NCBI GenBank assembly: GCA_028286685.1
Contig: JAQBRA010000002.1
Span: 129,073-193,072 of the forward strand
Length of the DNA: 64,000 nucleotides
Origin: Candidatus Adlerbacteria bacterium
GTDB taxonomy: Bacteria; Patescibacteriota; Minisyncoccia; Phycocordibacterales; SBAW01
Direction of reading: 5' to 3'
In this document: in pieces, positions 51,467-60,958 of the stretch
Layout of the letters: each line of letters begins with the position of its first letter
Numbering within the stretch: the stretch's first letter is position 1
Program-made: the position numbers and the translations under genes
The notes under the pieces: model-generated
The model's database searches: none
The model's input: only the letters and a program-made list of their open reading frames with translations
Told to the model about the DNA's origin: nothing

Positions 51467-51910
51467 ATGTCTCTCATAGAGCATAAAAAGGCCAGGCTTA
51501 ACTACGAAATACTCGAGGAATTCGAGGCGGGCTTGGAATTGCTGGGCCACGAAGTTAAGAGCCTGCGCGCGGGCCAGGGCAAATTGGAGGGCAGCCACGC
51601 GATTGTCCGCGGTGGCGAGGCCTATATCGTAGGCATGCACATCCCTCCCTACCAGGCTAAGAACACTCCGGCCGACTACGATCCTGACCGTTCGCGCCGA
51701 CTCCTTCTTACTAAGAAAGAGCTGCAGCAATTGGCTGATTACGAGTCGCAGAAGGGCTTGACAATAGTGCCGCTTAAGGTGTATAATAAAGGAAGGAATT
51801 TGAAGGTGCTCGTGGCTGCGGCGAAGGGCCGTAAGGAATACGACAAGCGCGCCGTCCTGAAAGAAAGGGACTCCAAGCGCGAGATTGAAAGGACTTTGAA
51901 AAATCAATAA
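51467..51910 (+). CDS. smpB: SsrA-binding protein
   Basis: KKA..Y...E.FEAGL.L.G.EVKSLR, R.LLL.K.E, KG.K.YDKR. Confidence 0.97.
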   Translation: MSLIEHKKARLNYEILEEFEAGLELLGHEVKSLRAGQGKLEGSHAIVRGGEAYIVGMHIPPYQAKNTPADYDPDRSRRLLLTKKELQQLADYESQKGLTIVPLKVYNKGRNLKVLVAAAKGRKEYDKRAVLKERDSKREIERTLKNQ

Positions 51911-51972
51911 AGACGAGTGCCTAAATGTGGCACTGCGTAACAAACAGACACAAGGAAGGAAGGGGCTCTGTC

Positions 51973-52587
51973 ATGCTTGAAACCGGAATTGATACCGACC
52001 GCTTTTCTGGCCCTATGTTGTTCGGAATCGAGAACTACGATCCGTCGCGGATTCCCAAGCCGCGTTACCCGGCAGATCCAAGCATCCTCGATATGTCGCC
52101 GATCCAGATAAAGGAGCGGCGACGCAAAGAGGTGCATGCCCTGCTCGCCATGGGCCCGTACTACCGCAAGGCGCCGCCGGAACCTCTGGCCGTTCGTATC
52201 AATGACCGCCACAAGCGCGTTGACGTGTGGGGCCGCTCCCGGTGCCACATAGGCACCGCCGACGACATCAGGACGGTCGCTGGCGACGACGACCTTTCCA
52301 ACCACCTCTACATCGCCGACGACCTGTACTTGCGGGCTACTGGAATGACTCATCCCCTGTCCGACACATACAAAGCGGAGGAGGCGGAGCATTACGTCGG
52401 CGAGATAGACGGAGAAAATCTCAAAAAGTACAGCGAATCTGCCGTTACTGAAAGCGCCGACGAACTGGATGCTCTTCCGCCGGGAGTCCTATATTCTACG
52501 GACTCTGTCCGGCATCGCCTGAACGTCGTAAATATGGAGAAGCGGAGACTAAGGAAAATAAAACGAAGGAAGGAGAAAAAGCTCTGA
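51973..52587 (+). CDS. Hypothetical protein
   Basis: Purine-rich SD before ATG 51973; basic C-terminal tail; flanked by a 19-bp inverted repeat. Confidence 0.65.
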   Translation: MLETGIDTDRFSGPMLFGIENYDPSRIPKPRYPADPSILDMSPIQIKERRRKEVHALLAMGPYYRKAPPEPLAVRINDRHKRVDVWGRSRCHIGTADDIRTVAGDDDLSNHLYIADDLYLRATGMTHPLSDTYKAEEAEHYVGEIDGENLKKYSESAVTESADELDALPPGVLYSTDSVRHRLNVVNMEKRRLRKIKRRKEKKL

Positions 52588-52738
52588 ACATTACGCAACC
52601 ACCTGGAGAAGGCGCGGCACGCTAAGACTCTGTCTTACTGCCCGCCTTCTCCCCACATTTAGGCACTTGTCGCACTCGTTTGTTTTTCTGGCATTCATGC
52701 ATAGCATCGCTCCCCTTTTTATTGGAGAGGTGTTATAC

Positions 52739-53113
52739 GGGGATGCCAGGCTTAGACAATGAGAATGCTTGCTTGATGCGCGAAGTAGCAGTGGGAATCT
52801 GCTTAAAAATATCCCAAAACATAACTGCAAAAACAGTTGCATCGCCGTACTTTTCGGCGAACCAGTTCGCTTTCGCTTACGCCAAAGCGTAACTGGCATC
52901 CTCCTATCCTCGCCTGATGGATAGGTCCGGGTGTTATAAACCGGGCTATAGCTGGTGGCCGTAATCCATCCTCCAGCCGAACAATGGATTTGCAGATATA
53001 CAGTATTTGGTTTGCTTTACAGCTGTATACCTAAAGAAACTCAAAGCAAACTACACTTCGTAGAAGCTCTCGCAGCACCTTATTGCACGGCGGTTCAATT
53101 CCGCCCATCTCCA
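52739..53113 (+). ncRNA. ssrA: tmRNA
   Basis: GGGGATG/CATCTCC-A acceptor with G3.U70, T-arm GGCGGTTCAATTCCGCC, tag frame 52827-52892 AKTVASPYFSANQFAFAYAKA*, next to smpB. Confidence 0.93.
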
Positions 53114-53297
53114 CAAGTAGCACAGCCCGCCTTTCGGCGGGTTTTGTGCTACTTGTGGAAGAAATGGGAGCAAGCGAAGCTTGCGGCGGAATTGAACGGG
53201 CGCAGCGATGTTTTGCACTGGCAAAACCGCGAGCCGGGGTCGCGAGCGACTTTGCTGACGAGCAAAGTCGACTGGTGACTCAATCGCCCATCTCCAC
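53114..53297 (+). repeat. tRNA-3'-associated structured element (tmRNA copy)
   Basis: Terminator, antisense acceptor, GCGAAGC hairpin, antisense T-arm (53185-53197), core GGGCGCAGCG..CGCGAGCCGGGGTCGC..GGTGACT, direct CGCCCATCTCCAC (53285-53297). Confidence 0.9.
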
Positions 53298-53426
53298 CTG
53301 TTAAAACATTAGCGCCCACTTTGGGCGTTTTTGTTTTACAAGAGCTATTTACGCAGTATGCGAGATACGCTATGGTGTCACCAGATCGGGCATCCGCCCA
53401 AAGCACAAAACTCCAAGGAGAGCACC

Positions 53427-53888
53427 GTGGATGCAATTGCCCGGATCATAAAGATCATTGAACTGCCCCACGGCGATGCGCCGGAATGGGTGCGTAGAGG
53501 ATGGATCGGATGCGAGATACCTTGCAAAGGGCTCGAGTGCGGACACATACCCGTGTATGTGCACAGCGTTGTTCCGCGCCTGACCCGCGGCCCGCTTACG
53601 GTTCCCGAATTTCTCGCGCTCCCCAAAGAGCAGAAAATCGACGGCTACACGGTCAACCAAGCCGATGCGCTTATGGCGCTCGAAGCCCACAACCCGGCAG
53701 CGGCCAAATGGTGGAAAGATCACGGGTTCCCTAAGAAAGGCAAGGGCAAGGACGGCTTCCGCTTCAAGCTCTCAGAAGTGAAAGTGGTCGAAGCTTATAC
53801 AGAAGAAGAACTAATGAAGCTTGGCGTTACCCTAAACCGCTACGACGACATGGAACGGGGCACTACGCGCCCTGTTGATCAAAAATAG
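53427..53888 (+). CDS. Hypothetical protein
   Basis: AAGGAG then GTG 53427; P.G.APEWVR..W.G and AA.WW motifs; lies distal to the tmRNA element. Confidence 0.7.
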   Translation: MDAIARIIKIIELPHGDAPEWVRRGWIGCEIPCKGLECGHIPVYVHSVVPRLTRGPLTVPEFLALPKEQKIDGYTVNQADALMALEAHNPAAAKWWKDHGFPKKGKGKDGFRFKLSEVKVVEAYTEEELMKLGVTLNRYDDMERGTTRPVDQK

Positions 53889-53922
53889 AAGTGACTAAAG
53901 CCCCGGCCTGCGTGCCAAGGCT

Positions 53923-54366
53923 TTATTTTTTCTTTGCTTTCTTCTGCTCGAAGTTCTTTACATGCTCGTGGTACTGGTGATAATCGGCGGTAAGCTCCTC
54001 CCCTTTTTTAATTGCGCGAGCGGTAACAAACACCTCGCCATCGTTCTTCGTTACCATGTTCGCCTTCTTGGAGTGATTTAAAAAGTACGACTTGTCTATC
54101 GCATCCATGCCGTAGTCGGGCACGAAATACACGCCATCCTGCAGCGCGCAAAAATCGCGCACGAGCTGCTTGCTCTCCTCAGGCGCGTCGCTCGCCTCAA
54201 GCTCTACCTCCGGAATCTCGAGCACATCCCCGCCTGGGTCGCAGTGCTTAAACGGGTCAACGCCTTTGGGTATCGGCCGTATGGCGACCACCCCTACCCC
54301 GTGGCGCGTAACGGCAAGCCGGCAATAGACGTCATTGAGCGATTTTAAAAATTGCTTCTTGTTCAT
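53923..54366 (-). CDS. SET domain protein
   Basis: HGVGVVA.RPI.KG, FLNHS, AR.IKKGEELTADY. Confidence 0.9.
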   Translation of the reverse strand: MNKKQFLKSLNDVYCRLAVTRHGVGVVAIRPIPKGVDPFKHCDPGGDVLEIPEVELEASDAPEESKQLVRDFCALQDGVYFVPDYGMDAIDKSYFLNHSKKANMVTKNDGEVFVTARAIKKGEELTADYHQYHEHVKNFEQKKAKKK

Positions 54367-54372
54367 AGAGGA

Positions 54373-54720
54373 CTACCCGTGCGTGCGCAGATTGCGGACC
54401 AGGAGAGCGGCACCGCTTAAAAGCATGAACAGATACAGAGGCCAAACGGCGACAATGAGCCACGGTGCAGAAACTACCCACACCAAGGCAGCAAGCGCGA
54501 ACAAAAGCAGCGCGCCGGAGGAAACATGCATGTAAAAGAGCGGGCCGCGCGGGAGCGTGTATCCCATGCGTACGCGCAGCTCCATAAGGCAGACAATGCA
54601 AAGGAGCAACATGAGAGCTGCGCCGTAGCTGCTCGTCCACAAGCTCCACGCCACTGCAGCCGCCAAAAAAGGCGCGAGCGCGGCGGCAACAAAGGCTCCT
54701 CGGGCATAGATGCTATCCAT
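54373..54720 (-). CDS. Hypothetical membrane protein
   Basis: Four hydrophobic helices with conserved-looking E and H residues. Confidence 0.6.
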   Translation of the reverse strand: MDSIYARGAFVAAALAPFLAAAVAWSLWTSSYGAALMLLLCIVCLMELRVRMGYTLPRGPLFYMHVSSGALLLFALAALVWVVSAPWLIVAVWPLYLFMLLSGAALLVRNLRTHG

Positions 54721-54771
54721 CGCTTCTTACTATATAGTGTTTACTAGATTCATTACAGAAAGGACGTTGCA

Positions 54772-55167
54772 ATGGACCCGAAGTTCCTACCTTTGTACGG
54801 AATCATCCCGCTCATAGGGATGATCGGCTACGTCGTGTATAACGGCCGCGCGTACCGTATCGTTAACGACCCACTGATGCTTGATAGGCATCGGGGCGGC
54901 ATCAACTGCGTGACATGGCTCATGGTGCTGGCCATATGTCTCCTTGAGTTCGCCGTACAGACAGGGCCGCACACGCCGCTCTCGCCGCTTTTTTGGTGGG
55001 TTCATCTCCCGCTCGTCGTAGCATTTGCTGTACTCGCTCTTGCCGTACGCTTTGTCTACAACGGCCACAAAAGCGCCTCGCACGGCACGCTTGCCTATGT
55101 GTGCCTCGCACTCTTCGGGGCCGTCGCAGTTACTGGCAGCGTTCTTTGGTACCAGCGATTCATGTAG
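54772..55167 (+). CDS. Hypothetical membrane protein (His-containing four-helix)
   Basis: Four TM helices, His in three helices; AAGGA SD. Confidence 0.6.
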   Translation: MDPKFLPLYGIIPLIGMIGYVVYNGRAYRIVNDPLMLDRHRGGINCVTWLMVLAICLLEFAVQTGPHTPLSPLFWWVHLPLVVAFAVLALAVRFVYNGHKSASHGTLAYVCLALFGAVAVTGSVLWYQRFM

Positions 55168-55209
55168 CACAACTGATCCCGGCCGCGTACGCGCGGCCGG
55201 GATTTCCAT

Positions 55210-56451
55210 TTACCGAGGAGGCTCGTTAAGCGAAATTTTATACACCGCGCCCGCGCGATCATCCGACACATAGGCCACGCCGCCCGGCTCGGCCAATACC
55301 GCTACCGGGCGACCAATAGTGTCACTTGCGCTCTTGCCGCCCGCAGGCAAAAATCCGGTTACAAAGTCGGTCGTAAATTGGTCCTGCCGCAAGGTCCCTT
55401 CCGGATTAAGGAAGTCGATGCGCACCACCTTGTAGCCTGCGGGCTCGGAGCGATTCCACGAGCCATGGTACGCCACTAACGCGTCGTGCCAATACTCTTC
55501 AGGCCAACCTTCTTCCGGCACGAATGCCAAACCGAGCGCTGCCGAGTGCGCTGGCAAGTCTACATGCGCAGCCACTGTATCCGCACAAGGGTCGCGTATA
55601 TATTGGCGCTTGTCGTAGTCGGTATCGTGCACCTTCTGCCCGTAGCAGATAGGCCAGCCGTAATTGCCTCCCTGTTTTATGATATTGAGCTCGTCCGGCG
55701 GAATATCATCGCCGATAAGGTCACGGCCGTTCTCCGTGCCCCACAGCTCGCCCGTTACCGGATGCAGCGCCATAAAGACCGTGTTGCGCAGGCCGGTAGC
55801 GACCGGTGTCATTACTCCCGTTTCCAAATTGACGGACTGCACCGACGCGCGCAGCGGGCTTGATTCTTCGCAAGCATTACAGGAAGATCCTACAGAAACA
55901 AAGAGGCTCTTGTTATCGGGTGCAGGCAGGAGCGTGCGCGTATAGTGTCCGCTGCCGGTCGGAAACGTTGCAAGCGTTTTCTGATAGGTCGCTTTATAGG
56001 TATCGGCATCATAGGCGTATGCCTTAAGCGCGCCCGTCTCGGCAACATAGAGCGTGCAAGAATCCTCTTGCACGCAAATGAACGCAAGTCCGTGCGGCTG
56101 GTCGAGCCCTGACAGCACTTCGACAATCCTGTCTGCTTGCCCGTCGCCATTAAGGTCAGGCAAGGCCGAAACTTTTCCTTCGCTTGTTTGCGAAACCAGC
56201 AGCGCACCTTTGGGATCGCGCACTAAGACGCGCGCACCCTTAACGTCTCGAGCGAATATCGTTGCGGAAAATCCTTCCGGCACCATGAGCGGGGCGGCTA
56301 GACCCTCGGGCAAAGGGGCCGGCGGCTTGGCTGCGGTAAACAGCGCGATGAGAAATGCGGGCGGCCTGTACTTAACGTATTGATAGCCAAAGTATCCCCC
56401 CACTAAAAGTACCAAGAGCACCGCCAAGGCCCACCCGTACTTGTTTTGCAT
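55210..56451 (-). CDS. PQQ-dependent sugar dehydrogenase (glucose/sorbosone dehydrogenase family)
   Basis: SVGSSCN, GLRN, ENGRD, PPDELN, NYGWP, HGSWNR, GRPV, SDD. Confidence 0.9.
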   Translation of the reverse strand: MQNKYGWALAVLLVLLVGGYFGYQYVKYRPPAFLIALFTAAKPPAPLPEGLAAPLMVPEGFSATIFARDVKGARVLVRDPKGALLVSQTSEGKVSALPDLNGDGQADRIVEVLSGLDQPHGLAFICVQEDSCTLYVAETGALKAYAYDADTYKATYQKTLATFPTGSGHYTRTLLPAPDNKSLFVSVGSSCNACEESSPLRASVQSVNLETGVMTPVATGLRNTVFMALHPVTGELWGTENGRDLIGDDIPPDELNIIKQGGNYGWPICYGQKVHDTDYDKRQYIRDPCADTVAAHVDLPAHSAALGLAFVPEEGWPEEYWHDALVAYHGSWNRSEPAGYKVVRIDFLNPEGTLRQDQFTTDFVTGFLPAGGKSASDTIGRPVAVLAEPGGVAYVSDDRAGAVYKISLNEPPR

Positions 56452-56526
56452 GCCGTAAGTATAGCCCCTCGCCCGAATACAGGATGAATATAAAAACCGG
56501 CGCGGATTTCCGCGCCGGGGATTTTT

Positions 56527-56928
56527 CTAATGCCTTTTGCGCTTAGGCGCATAGGCATAGCTTGCCGCTCCAGGACTAAACATGATTGCATAGCGGACGC
56601 GCGGCAGGCCCGAAACGCCTAACTGCCGGGCGCATCCGCCCGAAAGATCGAAGACGCGGCCACGGACAAACGGGCCCCGGTCGGTGACGGGCGCCACGAC
56701 AGATCTGCCGCTAGCGCTTGTAATCTGCACCCGCGTGCCAAAAGGCAGGGTTTTATGCGCCAAGGTACAGGCCGCGTGCCGATACCGCGGGCCGCTTGCC
56801 GTAGGGCCTCCATCGAGCCTTGCTGAGTAGACGCTTGCCGTCACGATCTGCGCCCGTGCTCCCCCGGCAGACATGCCAGAGATCACGAGCGCAAACAATG
56901 CCAATGCAACGTATCTAGAAACGTGCAT
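56527..56928 (-). CDS. RlpA-like (DPBB) lytic transglycosylase
   Basis: AS.Y, TASG, AHKTLPFGT, DRGPF..GR.FDLS; signal peptide. Confidence 0.88.
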   Translation of the reverse strand: MHVSRYVALALFALVISGMSAGGARAQIVTASVYSARLDGGPTASGPRYRHAACTLAHKTLPFGTRVQITSASGRSVVAPVTDRGPFVRGRVFDLSGGCARQLGVSGLPRVRYAIMFSPGAASYAYAPKRKRH

Positions 56929-57048
56929 TTACTTACTCCTATTTTGTTGAATGTAGAACGCTACGCTAGAGAACACAGAGGGACTCTACCTATAGCAAAT
57001 CATCCCGGCCTGAAGCCGGGATGAATCGCCTTTTTTCCTACAGAGAAG

Positions 57049-57297
57049 CTACTGGGTTTGCGTCGGTGCTGGTGCCGGCGCAGCGCCGCCCCCACCTGCA
57101 TCAGAACCGCCAGTATTAGAGCCGCCCGTCGGCAAATTGACCTGTATGGTCGAGCCCGGATTCTGAGCCGGGGCACCGCGATAGCGCGTGAACCATATAG
57201 CGCCGACTGCGACGACTATCAAAAGGATAATGACGGCTACTGCCCATCCCGCAGAGGAATCGCGGGGCTCGCCGGGGTTATTTACAATGGTTGCCAT
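57049..57297 (-). CDS. Small membrane protein
   Basis: Single TM, G/P-rich tail. Confidence 0.65.
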   Translation of the reverse strand: MATIVNNPGEPRDSSAGWAVAVIILLIVVAVGAIWFTRYRGAPAQNPGSTIQVNLPTGGSNTGGSDAGGGGAAPAPAPTQTQ

Positions 57298-57446
57298 AGA
57301 GTTTATTAAAACTGATTACTGGTAATGAGGCTTAACACTATAAGGTAGCGCCTGAACGCCACATGAACCGCTACGGGCGCAGAGGGGGCCGTGGGGCTGT
57401 TATTTTGCCCCAGACGTGGTAGAATAGGTTAGCAGCAGCCACTACT

Positions 57447-58004
57447 TTGGATACCACTCGAGTCAACCATAATATCCGCGCAAAAGAGGTCCGCGTTGTC
57501 GGCGCCGAGGGAGAAAACCTGGGTGTTTTGGCCCTTTCGGACGCTATTGCCCGGGCACAGGAGATCGGGCTCGACCTTATAGAGATCTCCCCCAATGCGG
57601 TCCCCCCGGTTGCTAAAATAATGGAATATGGTAAATTCCAATACGAAGCTCAGAAGAAGCGTCGCGAGATAAAGGCCAAATCCCATGTAACCGAGACCAA
57701 GTCGGTCCAGGTCAAGATAGGCACCGGCGACCACGATATGCAGCTGAAGGCCCGCCGGGCCGCCGAATGGCTCGCCGAGGGCCACCGGGTCAAGGTAGAC
57801 CTCTTCTTGTGGGGGCGCTACAAGTACATGGAGTTCAACTTCCTCAAGGAGCGTTTGGAGCGGTTCCTCAAGCTCATCCCCGAGGACTACAAGCTCGCCG
57901 ACCCTATACAGAAGAGCCCCAAAGGCCTGGCAACAGTGCTCGAGCGGGCCAAGAAGATACAGGCCGCCCCCGCCCCTTCCCCCGCCAAACCGCAAGCAGA
58001 GTAA
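57447..58004 (+). CDS. infC: Translation initiation factor IF-3
   Basis: N..IRA.EVR, LDL.EI.PNA.PPVAKIM.YGK; near-cognate start uncertain. Confidence 0.95.
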   Translation: MDTTRVNHNIRAKEVRVVGAEGENLGVLALSDAIARAQEIGLDLIEISPNAVPPVAKIMEYGKFQYEAQKKRREIKAKSHVTETKSVQVKIGTGDHDMQLKARRAAEWLAEGHRVKVDLFLWGRYKYMEFNFLKERLERFLKLIPEDYKLADPIQKSPKGLATVLERAKKIQAAPAPSPAKPQAE

Positions 58005-58013
58005 GAAACCCGT

Positions 58014-58211
58014 ATGAAAACCAACAAATCTTTCGCCAAGCGCATCAAGGTCACTCGCCGTGGCAAGCTGGTCGCGCGCAAGCCGGGCAAGAACCACTTT
58101 AACGCCAAGGAGGGCCGCAGCACTCAGATGGCCAACAACCGCACCCAGAACCTGACCCTTACCCCCAAGGTCCTGCAGCGCTACATCGGCAATCCCAGCA
58201 AGCACAAGTAA
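58014..58211 (+). CDS. rpmI: 50S ribosomal protein L35
   Basis: MKT.KS.AKR.KVT..GK; between infC and rplT. Confidence 0.92.
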   Translation: MKTNKSFAKRIKVTRRGKLVARKPGKNHFNAKEGRSTQMANNRTQNLTLTPKVLQRYIGNPSKHK

Positions 58212-58227
58212 TTAACTATTTTTATAT

Positions 58228-58578
58228 ATGGCACGCGTAAAAGGAGGCACAACCAGTAACAAACGCCGCAAGAACATTCTTGCGATGACTAAGGGCTACC
58301 GCTTCGGCCGCTCTACCAAGAAGCGCCAGGCGCGCGAGGCCATCTTCCATGCCGGAAAGTACGCCTTTGCCCACCGCAAGGATAAGAAGAACGACTTCCG
58401 TCGCCTCTGGACGGTCCGCATCAACGGCGCTTTGGATGCCATGGGCTCCGAGGTATCCTACAGCCGCCTCATCGGCGCCATGGGCAAGAAGGGCATCCTC
58501 GTTAACCGCAAGATGCTCTCCGAGCTGGCACTCCGCTCCCCTGAGGCCTTCTCCCGCGTCGTTTCCCAGGTCGCCTAG
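58228..58578 (+). CDS. rplT: 50S ribosomal protein L20
   Basis: MARVK, FRRLW.VRIN, NRKMLSELA. Confidence 0.97.
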   Translation: MARVKGGTTSNKRRKNILAMTKGYRFGRSTKKRQAREAIFHAGKYAFAHRKDKKNDFRRLWTVRINGALDAMGSEVSYSRLIGAMGKKGILVNRKMLSELALRSPEAFSRVVSQVA

Positions 58579-58651
58579 TCTTCCACAACTCATACTGAAA
58601 AACCCCGGCCAAAAGCCGGGGTTTTTTGATACTTATTGTTGGGCGCCTCAG

Positions 58652-59275
58652 TTAGAGATGGGCTGCCAGGGAAGCCTTCTCCGCCCCCGCCTCAAAGCGG
58701 AAAGAGGCGCGGTTAACCTTGTCCTTGTTAACGAGCTCGGCCACTCGCTCTACAAGCGCCTTGGGGTCGGAATCAAAGAGGATGCGGTCGTTGGGGCGAT
58801 GGCCCTTTTCGAGTATGTATTTGATCTCCTCGTCAGTCTCCCAGTCGGCCTCCAAGATGCCCATGGGCTTCTGATCCTCAAACGCGATAGTAAACTCGTG
58901 GATGGTTCCGATGCGCCCGCAGCCGAAGAAGACCGCGTCGCACGAGCGGGTAAAGATAAGGTCCCGGCCCGGGAACCCGAAGCCCGTGTAAATGATCATG
59001 TCCATGTACTCGACCGGCAGGTTGTAGGCCTCGATATGCTCCTTTTCGGTATTGGCCGGCGAGAATCCCACCGTAAAGCCGCCCGCCTCTTTAGCGCCCA
59101 TGGCTGCCCACAGAGGAAAGCCGGTGGTTGCGCCGTTAACCAGCACGGCGTCGTGCTTGGCTATCTCGCGACCAAGCGCCAGCCCCTTGTCATACGCGTC
59201 GATGCCGCAATGCCCCGTCTCTGCCGCGCCTGATATGCCGAATTTTAATTTGAGATGCTCGTTCTTGGGATTCAT
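58652..59275 (-). CDS. LOG/SLOG-family protein
   Basis: GA..G.P, GA.EAGG.TVG, TG.G...R, G.IGTIHEF. Confidence 0.8.
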   Translation of the reverse strand: MNPKNEHLKLKFGISGAAETGHCGIDAYDKGLALGREIAKHDAVLVNGATTGFPLWAAMGAKEAGGFTVGFSPANTEKEHIEAYNLPVEYMDMIIYTGFGFPGRDLIFTRSCDAVFFGCGRIGTIHEFTIAFEDQKPMGILEADWETDEEIKYILEKGHRPNDRILFDSDPKALVERVAELVNKDKVNRASFRFEAGAEKASLAAHL

Positions 59276-59278
59276 GGT

Positions 59279-59356
59279 CTAGCGAGTGAGAGAATAAAAG
59301 CGCGGCTTTAGTTCCGAGCGAGTGACGACCATATGAGACGTACTCGTGCTCATATG
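59279..59356 (-). repeat. Promoter-proximal 78-bp repeat, copy C
   Basis: Lies between TATAAT (59362-59367) and the ATG at 59275. Confidence 0.9.
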
Positions 59357-59362
59357 GATATA

Positions 59363-60718
59363 TTATAGCTCAATAGTCGCGCTATCCCCCTGCCCCGGAG
59401 CAGTGGCCTTCACGGCCAAGTAGTCGCGGATGCGCTGGGTCAGGAAGCCGGCTGCGGCGGGCTCGCCCTCTACGACGAACACTTGGGTAAGAGTGCCGGC
59501 GCAAGCCTCCACCAGCTCCATAAGCCCTGCGCCGTCGCGGTGGGCCGAGTAGCCGTACAGGGTCTCCACGTGCGCGCGTACCGGTATGACTTCTTTTCCT
59601 ACATGGAGCTCCTTCTCCCCTTCCAAGAGCCGGCGGCCTATGGTGCCCGCTGCTTGGTAACCCACGATAAGCAAGGTAGAGGCGGGGTCAGGGAGCACGT
59701 AGCGCTCGTGGCTGAGCACCCGGCCGCCGTTGCTCATGCCCGAGCCCGCCAGAATGATCTTGGGTCCCTCAACCGACTGGATGAGGCGGGACTCCTCCTG
59801 GTCGCGGGCAAACTTCATTTCCGGAAAGGAGAAGATCTTTTCCCCCTTTGCAACGCGATCCTGAATCTCGCGGGAGAAGTATTCCGGATGATCCTCGAAA
59901 GCGGCCGTGATCTTCTCGGCCAGGGGCGAGTCCAAAAATACCGGCACTGAAGGTATCATCTTTCCGGTCATGAGCGACCGGATCTCGAATACCAGGTCTT
60001 GCGTGCGCTCGGTTGAAAATGCCGGAATAAGCAGGGTGCCGCCGCGCAAGACCGTAGCCTCAATGACGTTCTCCAAGTCCTCGCGGCGATGGCTGTCGTC
60101 CTGGCGCACGCGATCGCCGTACACGCTCTCGATAACCAAGTAATCGGGATTAGGCAGCGCCTCGGTAAGCGGCAGGAGCGGCGAGTTGCCGCCGCCCAAG
60201 TCGCCCGTTACGACCAGGCTTTTATCTGCGCGGCTAAAGCGCGACATGGCAGAGCCAAGTATGTGTCCGGCGTCATAAAACTCATGAGTCATGCCATCCG
60301 GAAGCTCCAGAGGCTCGTGCAATCCCCGCTCCTCCCACAGCTTGAGCGCATGGTCGATATCCTGCTCGGCATACAAGGGCTCGCGTCCGCCATGCCCGAC
60401 GGCTCGGATCATAAGGCTGAGCGCGTCGCGCATGATGAACTCCGCAAGCGAGCGCGTGGCATGGGTTGAGACTATTTTTCCGGTAAAGCCCGACTTGACC
60501 AGGAACGGTATGCGGCCTACGTGGTCGAGGTGCGCATGGCTGATAAACAGGTGCGAAACCGCCTTTACGTCATAGGCAAACGGCTTGTAGTTGTCTTCTT
60601 CGTGTACGCCCTGCTCGAAGCCGCAATCAATGAGGAATTTGGCGCCCCCGGTATCGAGCATAAAGTTGGAGCCGGTCACGGACCCGGCCCCGCCATAGAA
60701 CGTCAGTGTTGATTGCAT
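59363..60718 (-). CDS. MBL-fold beta-CASP ribonuclease
   Basis: SHAHLDHVG, AGHILGS, TGD, ESVYGDR, SGMSNGGR, YSAH.D. Confidence 0.93.
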   Translation of the reverse strand: MQSTLTFYGGAGSVTGSNFMLDTGGAKFLIDCGFEQGVHEEDNYKPFAYDVKAVSHLFISHAHLDHVGRIPFLVKSGFTGKIVSTHATRSLAEFIMRDALSLMIRAVGHGGREPLYAEQDIDHALKLWEERGLHEPLELPDGMTHEFYDAGHILGSAMSRFSRADKSLVVTGDLGGGNSPLLPLTEALPNPDYLVIESVYGDRVRQDDSHRREDLENVIEATVLRGGTLLIPAFSTERTQDLVFEIRSLMTGKMIPSVPVFLDSPLAEKITAAFEDHPEYFSREIQDRVAKGEKIFSFPEMKFARDQEESRLIQSVEGPKIILAGSGMSNGGRVLSHERYVLPDPASTLLIVGYQAAGTIGRRLLEGEKELHVGKEVIPVRAHVETLYGYSAHRDGAGLMELVEACAGTLTQVFVVEGEPAAAGFLTQRIRDYLAVKATAPGQGDSATIEL

Positions 60719-60776
60719 ACGACAAGTATACAGGAGGGCACTAAAAAAACCGCCCTTGCAGGCAGTTTTTTTAGTC

Positions 60777-60895
60777 GGACTTCGAAAGCAAAGCGTCTAC
60801 TTGAGTGATAGGTGGGTGCCCGCACGTCCGAGCCGCAGCGCGGAAAAATATAGAGCTCCCTGTAGAACACTTAGTAACTTTTGCCCTCGACGTCC
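60777..60895 (-). ncRNA. Putative rod-shaped non-coding RNA
   Basis: TATACT -10 at 60902-60907, long 5'/3' complementarity with G.U pairs on the minus strand, terminator at 60742-60774. Confidence 0.55.
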
Positions 60896-60958
60896 TCTGT
60901 AAGTATATCAAACCGGTTATTTTTGCCAGGTGGACAAGAAATTCCGGATTTCAGCTGC

